Positions 37,423 to 46,991 of a stretch of DNA of 64,000 nt are shown here, one piece after another. The translations under genes were made by a program, and so were the position numbers. Source of the stretch: an uncultured Alphaproteobacteria bacterium (lineage in GTDB: Bacteria > Pseudomonadota > Alphaproteobacteria > Rhodobacterales > Rhodobacteraceae). The DNA lies in the NCBI GenBank assembly GCA_902562285.1, contig CACESU010000002.1, forward strand, positions 74,283-138,282, written 5' to 3'. The notes beneath the pieces are model-generated. The model did not search any database. It worked only from the letters and a program-made list of their open reading frames with translations, and was not told where the DNA came from. Numbering within the stretch: the stretch's first letter is position 1; each line of letters opens with the position of its first letter.

Positions 37423-39084
37423 TTAAGAATTGGCTAAGGCAATGTCTTTAACAATAAAATTTGGTATTTTTTTTCCCAACCAATCATTAATTTCAATATT
37501 CCCTGCAAAGTGATAAGTAGATTCAATATTTTCATATAAAAAAATACCAGCTTTATTATCTAGTGCTCTAAAAAATATTGATTGGATTTTGTTATAGCTT
37601 TCATCATGAATATAAAACTTAAGATGCTTATTACCTAATAATTTACACCATTTTATTTTACAATTTTTTATTACAAAAATAGGAGTAGGAGAATCCGATC
37701 CAAATGGTCCAGCTTTATCCATTTCTTCGATTAAATTCAAAGAAATGGTATTAATAGAAATAACAGAATTAATATTTAAAGTAGAGAGTTCATGGTTATA
37801 TCCTTTTTGTTCTGATAAAATATTATTGAGTCTATTCATTGCTAACTCAATTTTTGGTTCCTCTATCGTTATTCCTGCAGCTTTAGCATGCCCTCCACCC
37901 TTTATAATAAGTTTTTCTTGAGACAATTTACTTATTGCATTACCCAAGTTGTGATTGGAATTTGATCTACCAGAACATTTGCCAATACGGTCTTGATCTA
38001 TGGATATAACAAAACAAGTTTTACCAAATTTATCAAGTAATCTAGAAGCAAGTATTCCTGTTAGCCCTGGTTTAAATTCTTTATCAGCAACCCAAATAAA
38101 ATCATTGTTTAAATGCACATCTTTTATAAGTTTAAAAGCTTTTTCAGTCATTTTATTTTCTAATATCTTTCTATTTTCATTTAGACTTTCTAAAGTTTTT
38201 GCAATTTCATTGGCTTTATTTTTATTTGTTTCAATTAATAACTCTACGCCTAACATTGAGGAACCTAGTCTGCCACCTGCATTAATTTTTGGTCCTAAAA
38301 TAAAACCAAGATGATTGGGCTTGATGGGTTTTGAGATATTACTTGTTTCAATAAGTGATTTGATTCCAATATTTTTTCCCATTTCAATTATCTTGATTCC
38401 ACTTCTCACAAATGCTCTATTTAATTCTACTAGAGGCACAACATCACATACAGTAGCAAGTGCTACTAAATCCAAGTATTGAAGTAAGTCAGGAGCATTA
38501 AATTCAGAGTTATTTAATTTCCGATTTAAAGCTACAAGTAATAAAAAAGTTACGCCAGCAGCACACAAATATTTGAGAACAGAATTTTCATCTAAGCGAT
38601 TAGGATTTATTAATGCATCTGCTTTAGTTTTACAATTACCACCTTGATGATGGTCAATAACAATAACAGAACAGTCATTTTGTTTTGCAATTATAATTGG
38701 TTTTTCAGAAATAGATCCACAATCCACACAAATAATTAAATCATGGTTTAAAGACAATTTTTTCATAGCTGCATCATTTGGTCCATATCCTTCTTTATCT
38801 CTGTCTGGAACATAAATAGTAGGTTCTAATTTAAAGCTTTTGAACCATTTATAAAGCATAGCGGCAGCTGACGCTCCATCAACATCATAATCTGCAAAAA
38901 TAGCAATTCTTTGTTTTTTTCTTAAAACTTTAATTATAATTTTGATAGCTTTATCAATATCTAATAAAGAGGAAGGATCTGGCATACTAGATTTAATTTT
39001 AGGATTTAGAAATGTATTGATTTTATTAACTGCAATACCTTGCTTTGCTAAAAATAATGCTAAGGGATAAGATAGTGGGAACAA
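37423..39084 (-). CDS. recJ: Single-stranded-DNA-specific exonuclease RecJ (true start probably upstream of the TTG at 39084)
   Basis: Has DHH motifs (DYDVDGASAAA, VIDHH) and DHHA1 (GGGHAKAAG). The in-frame sequence upstream of 39084 continues a RecJ-like N-terminus with no canonical start codon. Confidence 0.9.
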   Translation of the reverse strand: MFPLSYPLALFLAKQGIAVNKINTFLNPKIKSSMPDPSSLLDIDKAIKIIIKVLRKKQRIAIFADYDVDGASAAAMLYKWFKSFKLEPTIYVPDRDKEGYGPNDAAMKKLSLNHDLIICVDCGSISEKPIIIAKQNDCSVIVIDHHQGGNCKTKADALINPNRLDENSVLKYLCAAGVTFLLLVALNRKLNNSEFNAPDLLQYLDLVALATVCDVVPLVELNRAFVRSGIKIIEMGKNIGIKSLIETSNISKPIKPNHLGFILGPKINAGGRLGSSMLGVELLIETNKNKANEIAKTLESLNENRKILENKMTEKAFKLIKDVHLNNDFIWVADKEFKPGLTGILASRLLDKFGKTCFVISIDQDRIGKCSGRSNSNHNLGNAISKLSQEKLIIKGGGHAKAAGITIEEPKIELAMNRLNNILSEQKGYNHELSTLNINSVISINTISLNLIEEMDKAGPFGSDSPTPIFVIKNCKIKWCKLLGNKHLKFYIHDESYNKIQSIFFRALDNKAGIFLYENIESTYHFAGNIEINDWLGKKIPNFIVKDIALANS

Positions 39085-39185
39085 TTGTTGAAAATTTGTT
39101 GCAAGCTTTTGTATCTTTTTTTTTGGCTTAAGCCAAATTTTCCTACTTAGTGAAAATTTAGAATTTAGGAAAATTTCATCAGTAT

Positions 39186-40157
39186 CTATCGTGAAAATTT
39201 TTGCTGATATAATAATCTCCTTATTGAACCTGTTTTTGATCTCATCAATATAGTTTCAGTTTCTAATATATTTCCATCCCATTTTGCTCCCCTCAAAATT
39301 GATCCGTCTGTAACACCTGTAGCAGCAAATATCACATCTTTAGTCACCATTTCATCAAGAGAATAAATTTTATTAAAATCTTTAATTCCTGTTTTTATGG
39401 CTCTATTTTTTTCTATGTCATTTCTAAATATTAATTTTCCTTGAATATAACCGCCTAGACATTTTAATGCTGCAGCAGCTAAAACACCCTCTGGTGCTCC
39501 GCCAATACCCATATACATGTCTATTCCAGTTCTTTCAGTATCAGCACAATGTATTACCCCAGCTACATCTCCATCAGTTATTAATCTAAGTCTTGCGCCT
39601 GTTGCACGAATTTCTTCTATTAATTTTTGGTGTCTTGGTCTTTCTAGTACACATACTATAAGGTCTTTAGGGTTACATTCTTTAGCTTTTGCCAGTTTTT
39701 CTATTCTTTGTGTTGGAGACATCTCAAGTGTGATAATATCTTTTTTATACCTAGATCCATAGGCAACTTTTTCCATATAAACGTCTGGAGCATTTAAAAG
39801 TGACCCTTTTGGTCCCATTGCGATAACAGTAAGTGCATTGGGCATGTCTTTTGCTGTTAAATTAGTTCCTTCTAATGGATCAAGAGCAATATCAACAGAA
39901 GGTCCATTGCCACTTCCTACTAGTTCACCAATATAAAGCATGGGAGCTTCATCTCTCTCTCCCTCTCCAATTACTATTCTCCCATTTATCTCTAACATAT
40001 TTAACTGAGTTCTCATTGCATCAACAGCAGCTTGATCTGCTGCTTTCTCATCCCCTGCTCCAATGAATTTTGTTGCAGCAATTGCAGCTGCCTCAGATAC
40101 TCTTGCAAGACCAAGAGATAACAATCTATCGTTAAATTCTACCTTTGTTTCCATCAA
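39186..40157 (-). CDS. glpX: Class II fructose-1,6-bisphosphatase
   Basis: 323 aa, collinear with GlpX (AAIAATKFIGAGDEKAADQAAVDAMR, GEGERDEAPML, DPLEGT). Confidence 0.9.
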   Translation of the reverse strand: MMETKVEFNDRLLSLGLARVSEAAAIAATKFIGAGDEKAADQAAVDAMRTQLNMLEINGRIVIGEGERDEAPMLYIGELVGSGNGPSVDIALDPLEGTNLTAKDMPNALTVIAMGPKGSLLNAPDVYMEKVAYGSRYKKDIITLEMSPTQRIEKLAKAKECNPKDLIVCVLERPRHQKLIEEIRATGARLRLITDGDVAGVIHCADTERTGIDMYMGIGGAPEGVLAAAALKCLGGYIQGKLIFRNDIEKNRAIKTGIKDFNKIYSLDEMVTKDVIFAATGVTDGSILRGAKWDGNILETETILMRSKTGSIRRLLYQQKFSR

Positions 40158-40169
40158 GTAATTACTATA

Positions 40170-41459
40170 TCAAAATTCTTCTATTTTAATTATAACGGGT
40201 TCATTTTTACAAATATTTAATTGACTTATTTCATCTATAGCAGGATAAAGGAGATTTTTTGTAGTAGGATGTGTTACAATAAGTATAGGAGCTGTTTCTC
40301 CAATATGCTCTAGTTGGTTCATTCTATTTATTGAAATTTTATATTTTCCTAGAATAGAACTTAATTGGGCTAAGGTCCCAGGTTCATCAATAAGTAAAAA
40401 CCTAAGATAAAAACTTGCAGGAAAATCCTTCTTTTTATTAATTGGTAACTTAAGGAGATTAGCATTTATCCCAAAAACACTTGATTTTTTCCCATTTGCT
40501 ATATCAATTATATCAGCAACAACAGCTGAAGCTGTAGGACAAGAACCAGCACCTGGCCCCATATAATACGTCCTGTCAGAAAAATCACCTTCTACCATCA
40601 CCAGATTTGTTCCACCTTCAAGTTTTCCAAATATATTATCTTTTGGTACAAGACATGGTTCTACTTCCTGAATAATTCCATCATCTGATCTTAAAGCAAG
40701 TGCCATTAGTTTAATTTTATAACCCATAGAATCTGCATTTTTGATGTCTACCAAAGAAATATTTTGGATGCCATTAATTAAAACATTTTCAAAATTTATC
40801 CGTGTTCCAAATGCGCATGAAGCTAATATTGAGATTTTATGTGCAGTATCTATTCCTCCTACATCCAACTCTGGATCTTTTTCTACAAATCCCAATTGTT
40901 GAGCTTTTTTAAAAACTTCTGTATACTCTTTATTTTCTTTCTCCATTTGGGTTAAGATATAATTGCATGTACCATTAATTACACCATAAACTTTAGAAAT
41001 AGCGTTTCCACTTAAAGACTCCTTTATAGCTTTTATAATCGGTATTGCCCCAGCAACAGCAGCTTCAAAATTAAGACATACATTTTGTTCTTCTGCCAAG
41101 AGAGCCAGATAGTGTCCATGTTTGGCTATTAACGCTTTATTTGCAGTAACTACATGTTTTTTATTGAGTAATGATTTTTCAACTATTGACTTAGCTGGGT
41201 TTTCTTCACCACCTATTAATTCAACCACAAGATCTATTTCTTTATCATCAGTAATATCATATGGATCTTGTACCCATTTTAAATTCTCAATATCAATTTC
41301 TCTTTTTTTATTCTTATTTTTCGCACAAATAGCCGCAACGGATATTTCTCTATCCGACTTAGACATGATTATTTTTCTATTATTTGCCAGGCATCTTATT
41401 AACCCAGTACCAACATTACCAAGTCCTATTATGCCAATATTAAGTGATTTCATGTCCAA
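40170..41459 (-). CDS. hom: Homoserine dehydrogenase
   Basis: Has the NAD fold IGIIGLGNVGTG, a catalytic domain and a C-terminal ACT domain (YLRFLLIDEPGTLAQLSSILG). Confidence 0.9.
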   Translation of the reverse strand: MDMKSLNIGIIGLGNVGTGLIRCLANNRKIIMSKSDREISVAAICAKNKNKKREIDIENLKWVQDPYDITDDKEIDLVVELIGGEENPAKSIVEKSLLNKKHVVTANKALIAKHGHYLALLAEEQNVCLNFEAAVAGAIPIIKAIKESLSGNAISKVYGVINGTCNYILTQMEKENKEYTEVFKKAQQLGFVEKDPELDVGGIDTAHKISILASCAFGTRINFENVLINGIQNISLVDIKNADSMGYKIKLMALALRSDDGIIQEVEPCLVPKDNIFGKLEGGTNLVMVEGDFSDRTYYMGPGAGSCPTASAVVADIIDIANGKKSSVFGINANLLKLPINKKKDFPASFYLRFLLIDEPGTLAQLSSILGKYKISINRMNQLEHIGETAPILIVTHPTTKNLLYPAIDEISQLNICKNEPVIIKIEEF

Positions 41460-41596
41460 GAAATTTTACCTTTAAAATATTAAAATCAATTATAAACTTT
41501 TGAGTTCTATATAAAGTTATACAATCAAAACCTTAATAAATCATTATAAAAATTTTCATATATTTTTTTTGAAAAATTAAATATAAAGAATTTGTT

Positions 41597-42787
41597 CTAT
41601 CCAGATATTAATTTTTTTACATTTTTGGCAGCTTGTCTAATTCTATGCTCATTTTCAACAAGACCTACTCTTACATAGCCTTCACCATATTCACCAAAAC
41701 CAATACCTGGTGCAACTGCAACTTCAGCTTTTTGCATTAAGATTTTTGCAAATTCCATAGATCCAAGATTTTGAAATTTTTTTGGGAGAGGTGCCCATGC
41801 AAACATGGTAGCGGAGGGTTTTGGTATCTCCCAACCTGCACGTGACATAGCTGAAATAAGAGTATCCCTCCTCTTTTTATATTCATTCCGGATTTTATCA
41901 ATATAGCCTTCTGGACTATTTAATGCCTCAACAGCTGCAACCTGAACAGGAGTAAATGCACCATAATCTAAGTATGATTTTATTCTCGTAAGTGCATTAA
42001 TTAAATGTTTATTACCTACTGCAAAACCCACTCTCCATCCAGCCATTGAAAATGTTTTTGACATAGAGGTAAATTCTACAGAAATTTCTTTTGCTCCATC
42101 TATTTGTAAAATGGATGGAGGAGGGTTATCATCAAAGTAAATCTCAGAATATGCTAAATCAGATAAAATCCAAATAGAGTGTTTTTTTGCAAATGTGACA
42201 AGTTCCTTATAAAAATCTAAATCACATAGTTGTGCAGTTGGATTTGAAGGAAATGAAATAACAATAGCAATTGGTTTGGGAATAGAATGTGCAACTGCCC
42301 TAGAAAGAGAGTTCATATATTCCTCTGGATCAAAAACCCCGTTATTTAGTGCTGGAATGTGCCGTAATGTTCCACCAGCTATCATGAACCCGTAAGCATG
42401 TATTGGATATGTTGGATTAGGTACTAGTACTAAGTCTCCAGGTGCTGTTATGGCTGAAGCTAAGTTAGCTAAACCTTCTTTTGATCCCAATGTAGTAATG
42501 ATTTCAGTTTCAGGATCAAGAGTTACTCCAAACCTATTTTCATAATATTTTGCCTTAGCTCTTCTTAAACCAGGAATTCCTTTAGATGCAGAATATCTAT
42601 GAACTTTTGGTTTTTTTGAGGTTTCTATAAGCTTATTAATAATATGTTTCCCTGCATCTATATCAGGATTACCCATACCAAAGTCAATAATATCAACGTT
42701 ATTTTTTCTAAGATCAGCTTTAAGATTATTAATCTCAGAAAAAATGTAAGGAGGTAATCTTTTGATTCTGTAAAACTCTTCTCGCAT
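41597..42787 (-). CDS. Class I/II PLP-dependent aminotransferase (AlaA/AspC-like)
   Basis: The N-terminus RIKRLPPYIFSEINNLK...IIDFGMGNPD and the PLP-lysine context SMSKTFSMAGWRVG match this class. Confidence 0.85.
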   Translation of the reverse strand: MREEFYRIKRLPPYIFSEINNLKADLRKNNVDIIDFGMGNPDIDAGKHIINKLIETSKKPKVHRYSASKGIPGLRRAKAKYYENRFGVTLDPETEIITTLGSKEGLANLASAITAPGDLVLVPNPTYPIHAYGFMIAGGTLRHIPALNNGVFDPEEYMNSLSRAVAHSIPKPIAIVISFPSNPTAQLCDLDFYKELVTFAKKHSIWILSDLAYSEIYFDDNPPPSILQIDGAKEISVEFTSMSKTFSMAGWRVGFAVGNKHLINALTRIKSYLDYGAFTPVQVAAVEALNSPEGYIDKIRNEYKKRRDTLISAMSRAGWEIPKPSATMFAWAPLPKKFQNLGSMEFAKILMQKAEVAVAPGIGFGEYGEGYVRVGLVENEHRIRQAAKNVKKLISG

Positions 42788-42873
42788 TTATAAGTTAACC
42801 TATATAAAACAATTTTAAAAAAAACTAATAATGAATTTAAAATTACACAAAAAAAAACGTAGAATGTTCTGAT

Positions 42874-44157
42874 TTAGTAAATAGGATAATTTTCGCAAAG
42901 CTTTAAAACTTTGTTTTTAATTTCTAGCTCTGCATTCTCGTTATTATCAATTCCATTAACTTGTAATTTCTCTAAAACATCTGCAATCCAATTACCAATA
43001 TTAGAAAACTCGCTTGATCCAAATCCTCTAGTTGTTCCTGCTGGGGTACCTAATCTTATTCCAGATGTAACCATAGGTTTTTCTGTATCAAAAGGAATAC
43101 TATTCTTATTACAAGTGATGTTTGCATTGCCCAAGCTTTTTTCAGCTTCATTTCCCTTAATATTTTTTGATCCCACATCAACAAGTATAACATGCGTATC
43201 TGTTCCACCTGTAACTATCCTGAAGCCTCTTTTTTCTAGTGTGCTCGAAAGTATTTTTGCATTCTTAATAACATTTTGTTGATAGGTTTTAAAATCAGGT
43301 CTTAAAGCTTCTCCAAATGCAACTGCCTTAGCTGCAATAACATGCATTAAGGGGCCACCCTGAAGACCTGGAAATACAGCTGAATTAAATTTTTTAGCAA
43401 GGTCTGGATTATTCGTCAAAATAATACCACCCCTTGGCCCTCTTAAAGTTTTATGAGTTGTACTTGTGGCTACATCAGCATATTCAAGTGGATTGGGATG
43501 ACAGCCAGCTGCTGCTAAACCTGAAAAGTGAGCCATATCCACCATTAAAAAAGCACCAACAGAGTCAGCAATTCTTCTGAATTCTTTAAAGTCTATTTGA
43601 CGGGGTATCGCAGATCCACCTGCGATTATAACCTTTGGTTGGTGAATTTTAGCTAATTCTTCAACCTGAACATAATCAATAAGCTCTGTTTTTTTATTAA
43701 CACCGTAATGTACTGCGTTAAACCACTTACCTGACAAATTTGGTTTTGCTCCATGCGTCAGATGTCCTCCTGAAGCTAAATCCATTGCTAAAAAAGTATC
43801 ACCAGGTTTCATTAATGACATAAAAACTGCTTGGTTTGCTTGACTTCCAGAATTTGGTTGGACATTGGCGAATTCACAATTAAAGAGTTCCTTTATTCTT
43901 TTAATCGCAAGATCTTCAGCAAGGTCAACAAACTGACAGCCACCGTAGTAGCGTTTTCCAGAGTAACCCTCAGCGTATTTATTCGTCAACACTGAACCCT
44001 GAGCCTGCATTACTGCTAGTGATGTAATATTTTCAGAGGCAATTAATTCAATTTCTTGTTCTTGTCTTTTATTTTCTTTTTCTATGATTGAAAATAATTC
44101 TGGATCAGACACACTGAGATTTTCAGTGAAAATTGGTTTTTTTCTTTGCATAAGCAT
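42874..44157 (-). CDS. glyA: Serine hydroxymethyltransferase
   Basis: Has [18 protein letters not shown] and [12 protein letters not shown]. Confidence 0.95.
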   Translation of the reverse strand: MLMQRKKPIFTENLSVSDPELFSIIEKENKRQEQEIELIASENITSLAVMQAQGSVLTNKYAEGYSGKRYYGGCQFVDLAEDLAIKRIKELFNCEFANVQPNSGSQANQAVFMSLMKPGDTFLAMDLASGGHLTHGAKPNLSGKWFNAVHYGVNKKTELIDYVQVEELAKIHQPKVIIAGGSAIPRQIDFKEFRRIADSVGAFLMVDMAHFSGLAAAGCHPNPLEYADVATSTTHKTLRGPRGGIILTNNPDLAKKFNSAVFPGLQGGPLMHVIAAKAVAFGEALRPDFKTYQQNVIKNAKILSSTLEKRGFRIVTGGTDTHVILVDVGSKNIKGNEAEKSLGNANITCNKNSIPFDTEKPMVTSGIRLGTPAGTTRGFGSSEFSNIGNWIADVLEKLQVNGIDNNENAELEIKNKVLKLCENYPIY

Positions 44158-44419
44158 TTTTAAATCCTCTGAAATGGTTTATTAAGATATGTTTTAATAG
44201 ACTCTAAGAAAATGAGAATATATAGATATTGTATAATTCTTAAATTAACAATAGATATAACCTTTTTTTTTAAAAAAATTAAATATTATTTTTGTTTTTG
44301 TTAAAAAATTAATCTTAATTTAGTTTTTTTAAGTAAAATTATTTGTTAAGTAAGTGAGTTAAATAATAATTTGATTTTAGACGTATGATGAAAATGTAGC
44401 TTGTCCATAGGTGTAGCAC

Positions 44420-45184
44420 ATGAAATTTAAAAAACCCAATTTTATTGCCGACGATACTGAAGACGCAAAAAACTCTCTGAAAACGATTAAAGAAAAATAT
44501 GAATTATTCTCTTTATCTGAGGCCGACATTATTGTCGTTTTAGGAGGGGATGGATTTATGCTTGATATATTGAAAAAATATCAGAATTTAAACTTACCAT
44601 TTTATGGAATAAATCAGGGAACTGTTGGTTTTCTGATGAATCAGAATCAAGATGATAATCTTCTTAATAGATTAAATGAAGCTGAAGAAACTATCATTCA
44701 TCCTCTCAAAATGCATGCAAAGAAACTGGATGGAACTATAGAACATTATCTTGCCGTTAATGAAATTTCAATTTTAAGATCAGGATCTCAAGCAGCAAAA
44801 TTAAAAATAATAGTAGATGATTTAGTTCGGTTAGAAGAATTGGTTTGTGATGGAGCATTAGTTTCTACACCTGCAGGTTCTACAGCATATAATTACTCTG
44901 CGCATGGACCTATTTTACCTATAGATTCAAATATTCTAGCACTTACTGCAATGGCTGCTTTTCGACCAAGAAGATGGAGAGGGGCCCTAATTCCTTCAAA
45001 GGCAAAGATAGAATTTTTAAACAATGAACCACATAAAAGACAAGTATCAGCTTATGCAGATAGCAAAGAGGTAAAAAACATAAAAAGTGTTAAAATTTTA
45101 TGTGAAAATAATATTTGTTATAAATTATTATTTGATAAAGGACACGGTCTTCAAGAAAGAATTTTAAGAGAGCAATTTTTTTAA
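44420..45184 (+). CDS. nadK: NAD kinase
   Basis: Has GGDGFML, NEISI and DGALVSTPAGSTAYNYSAHGPI. Confidence 0.9.
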   Translation: MKFKKPNFIADDTEDAKNSLKTIKEKYELFSLSEADIIVVLGGDGFMLDILKKYQNLNLPFYGINQGTVGFLMNQNQDDNLLNRLNEAEETIIHPLKMHAKKLDGTIEHYLAVNEISILRSGSQAAKLKIIVDDLVRLEELVCDGALVSTPAGSTAYNYSAHGPILPIDSNILALTAMAAFRPRRWRGALIPSKAKIEFLNNEPHKRQVSAYADSKEVKNIKSVKILCENNICYKLLFDKGHGLQERILREQFF

Positions 45185-45216
45185 ATTTTACTAGTTAAAT
45201 TTAGGAGGAAAATATA

Positions 45217-46269
45217 TTGAAAATGTCAGCTAAAATACTTTTTTTTTGTTTTCTTTCAGCATTGGTTTTGATTTTGGGCTTGTACTTTTTAAGTGATATA
45301 TTAAGACCTTTTATAATAGGATTTTTATTAGCTTACTTTTTAGACCCTATAACTGATAAAATTGAAAACTTTAAAATACCAAGATCATTAGGAGCACTAT
45401 TCTTAATTTTTATTGCATTTTTGATCTTTATAATATTTTTTCTATTCATATTACCTATTTTCTATAGACAATTTTATCAATTTGTACAAATTATACCTGT
45501 TTTTTATGAATGGATTTTAAATACATTAGAGAATAATTTAGAAAGCCTTGCAGGGAATAAAATACAAATACATGAAAATGTTAAAAATTTTCAAGAGAGT
45601 ATAAAAAATAATATAGGATTTCTATTTGACAGTTTCTTATCATCTACATTTGGTATATTTAATTTCGTATTAGATTCATTTATTACTCTAATATTGACTT
45701 TTTATCTTTTGTTGGATTGGGATAGGATAGTATCTTTTATATCTGATTTAATTCCAAAAAGACAAAAACAAACAATTTCTAAAATATTTATTGATATAGA
45801 TTTAGTTTTGTCTCAGTTATTTAGAGGTCAACTTTCAGTTTGTTTTATTTTATCAATTTATTATGGTCTCTCACTATTTTTTATAGGTCTTGAGGGGGGA
45901 TTAATTATAGGTATTTTTTCAGGACTTATCTCATTTATCCCATTGATAGGAGCTATTATTGGTGGTGGATTAGCAGTGTTGCTTAGCATTTTCCAATTTT
46001 TTGAATCCCCTATTTTTATATTCTTTATCTTTATAGTTTATATCATAGGACAAATTGTTGAGGGGAACTTTCTAACTCCTAAGCTTGTAGGTCAGTCAGC
46101 TGGAATACATCCTATATGGTTAATACTCTCACTTGCCTTTTTTGGAAAAATTGGTGGCATAACAGGTTTAATTTTAGCACTACCAATTGCTGCTATTTTA
46201 GGTGTTTTAGGTAGGCATCTAATAAAATTTTATTTTTCAAGTATTTTTTTTAATTCTAAAGGAACTTAA
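45217..46269 (+). CDS. AI-2E/PerM-family (UPF0118) membrane transporter
   Basis: About 350 aa, 7-8 TM, with the family-typical C-terminal block GQIVEGNFLTPKLVG. The start is TTG 45217 or ATG 45223. Confidence 0.8.
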   Translation: MKMSAKILFFCFLSALVLILGLYFLSDILRPFIIGFLLAYFLDPITDKIENFKIPRSLGALFLIFIAFLIFIIFFLFILPIFYRQFYQFVQIIPVFYEWILNTLENNLESLAGNKIQIHENVKNFQESIKNNIGFLFDSFLSSTFGIFNFVLDSFITLILTFYLLLDWDRIVSFISDLIPKRQKQTISKIFIDIDLVLSQLFRGQLSVCFILSIYYGLSLFFIGLEGGLIIGIFSGLISFIPLIGAIIGGGLAVLLSIFQFFESPIFIFFIFIVYIIGQIVEGNFLTPKLVGQSAGIHPIWLILSLAFFGKIGGITGLILALPIAAILGVLGRHLIKFYFSSIFFNSKGT

Positions 46270-46272
46270 ATA

Positions 46273-46971
46273 TTGAATGAGCAATTAATATTTAATCTTA
46301 GTCGTCGCCAGGCATATAATAGGGAAGATTTTTTTGTTTCTAAAACTAATAGTCTAGCTGTAAAAATTTTAGAAAATTGGAAAAATGTTTCTTCTAGTGG
46401 TCTCATAATTGTAGGTCCACCTGCCTGTGGAAAAACGCATTTAGCAGCGGTTTGGTCAAAAGAAACTTCTGCTAAATCCTATGATATTTCAACTTTTGTT
46501 GGAATTGATCTTAATCATTTAATTGATGAAAAATTTATTGTTTTAGAAGATGTCGAGAAATTAGAGTTTATATCTAAAGACAAAAGGTTAATTATAGAAG
46601 AAAATATTTTACATGTTTTTAATAGCTTATCTGCAAATAAAGGAAAAATCTTATTTACATCATGTAAATTCCCTAGGTTTTGGAAAATCGTACTTAAAGA
46701 CTTACTTTCTAGACTTATGACTTTAACAACATTAGAATTAAATATGCCAGATGATAATCTTTTAGCAGCTGTAATGGCAAAACAATTTCAAGATAGACAA
46801 ATTAAAGTAGATGATGAGGTTTTAACATATGCTATTTCTAGAATGGAAAGATCTTTTTTGTTTGCAAAAACGCTAGTAGAGGCTTTAGATGTTGAATCAC
46901 TTAAGTTGAAAAAGCCTATTAAAAAAAACATGGTCAATGAAACTATAGAAAAATTATATTTCAGAACTTAA
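46273..46971 (+). CDS. hdaA: DnaA-related regulatory protein HdaA
   Basis: 232 aa with an AAA+ P-loop (GPPACGKTHLAAVW). The short DnaA-domain-III-only architecture is typical of alphaproteobacterial HdaA. Confidence 0.7.
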   Translation: MNEQLIFNLSRRQAYNREDFFVSKTNSLAVKILENWKNVSSSGLIIVGPPACGKTHLAAVWSKETSAKSYDISTFVGIDLNHLIDEKFIVLEDVEKLEFISKDKRLIIEENILHVFNSLSANKGKILFTSCKFPRFWKIVLKDLLSRLMTLTTLELNMPDDNLLAAVMAKQFQDRQIKVDDEVLTYAISRMERSFLFAKTLVEALDVESLKLKKPIKKNMVNETIEKLYFRT

Positions 46972-46991
46972 TTCATTGCAGGAGTACAAAT

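Noticed and set aside
44158-44419. The long intergenic region upstream of glyA and nadK as a riboswitch or small RNA
   Set aside because: It is almost pure A/T with no stable helices or conserved-looking GC-containing cores. It looks like divergent promoter DNA.
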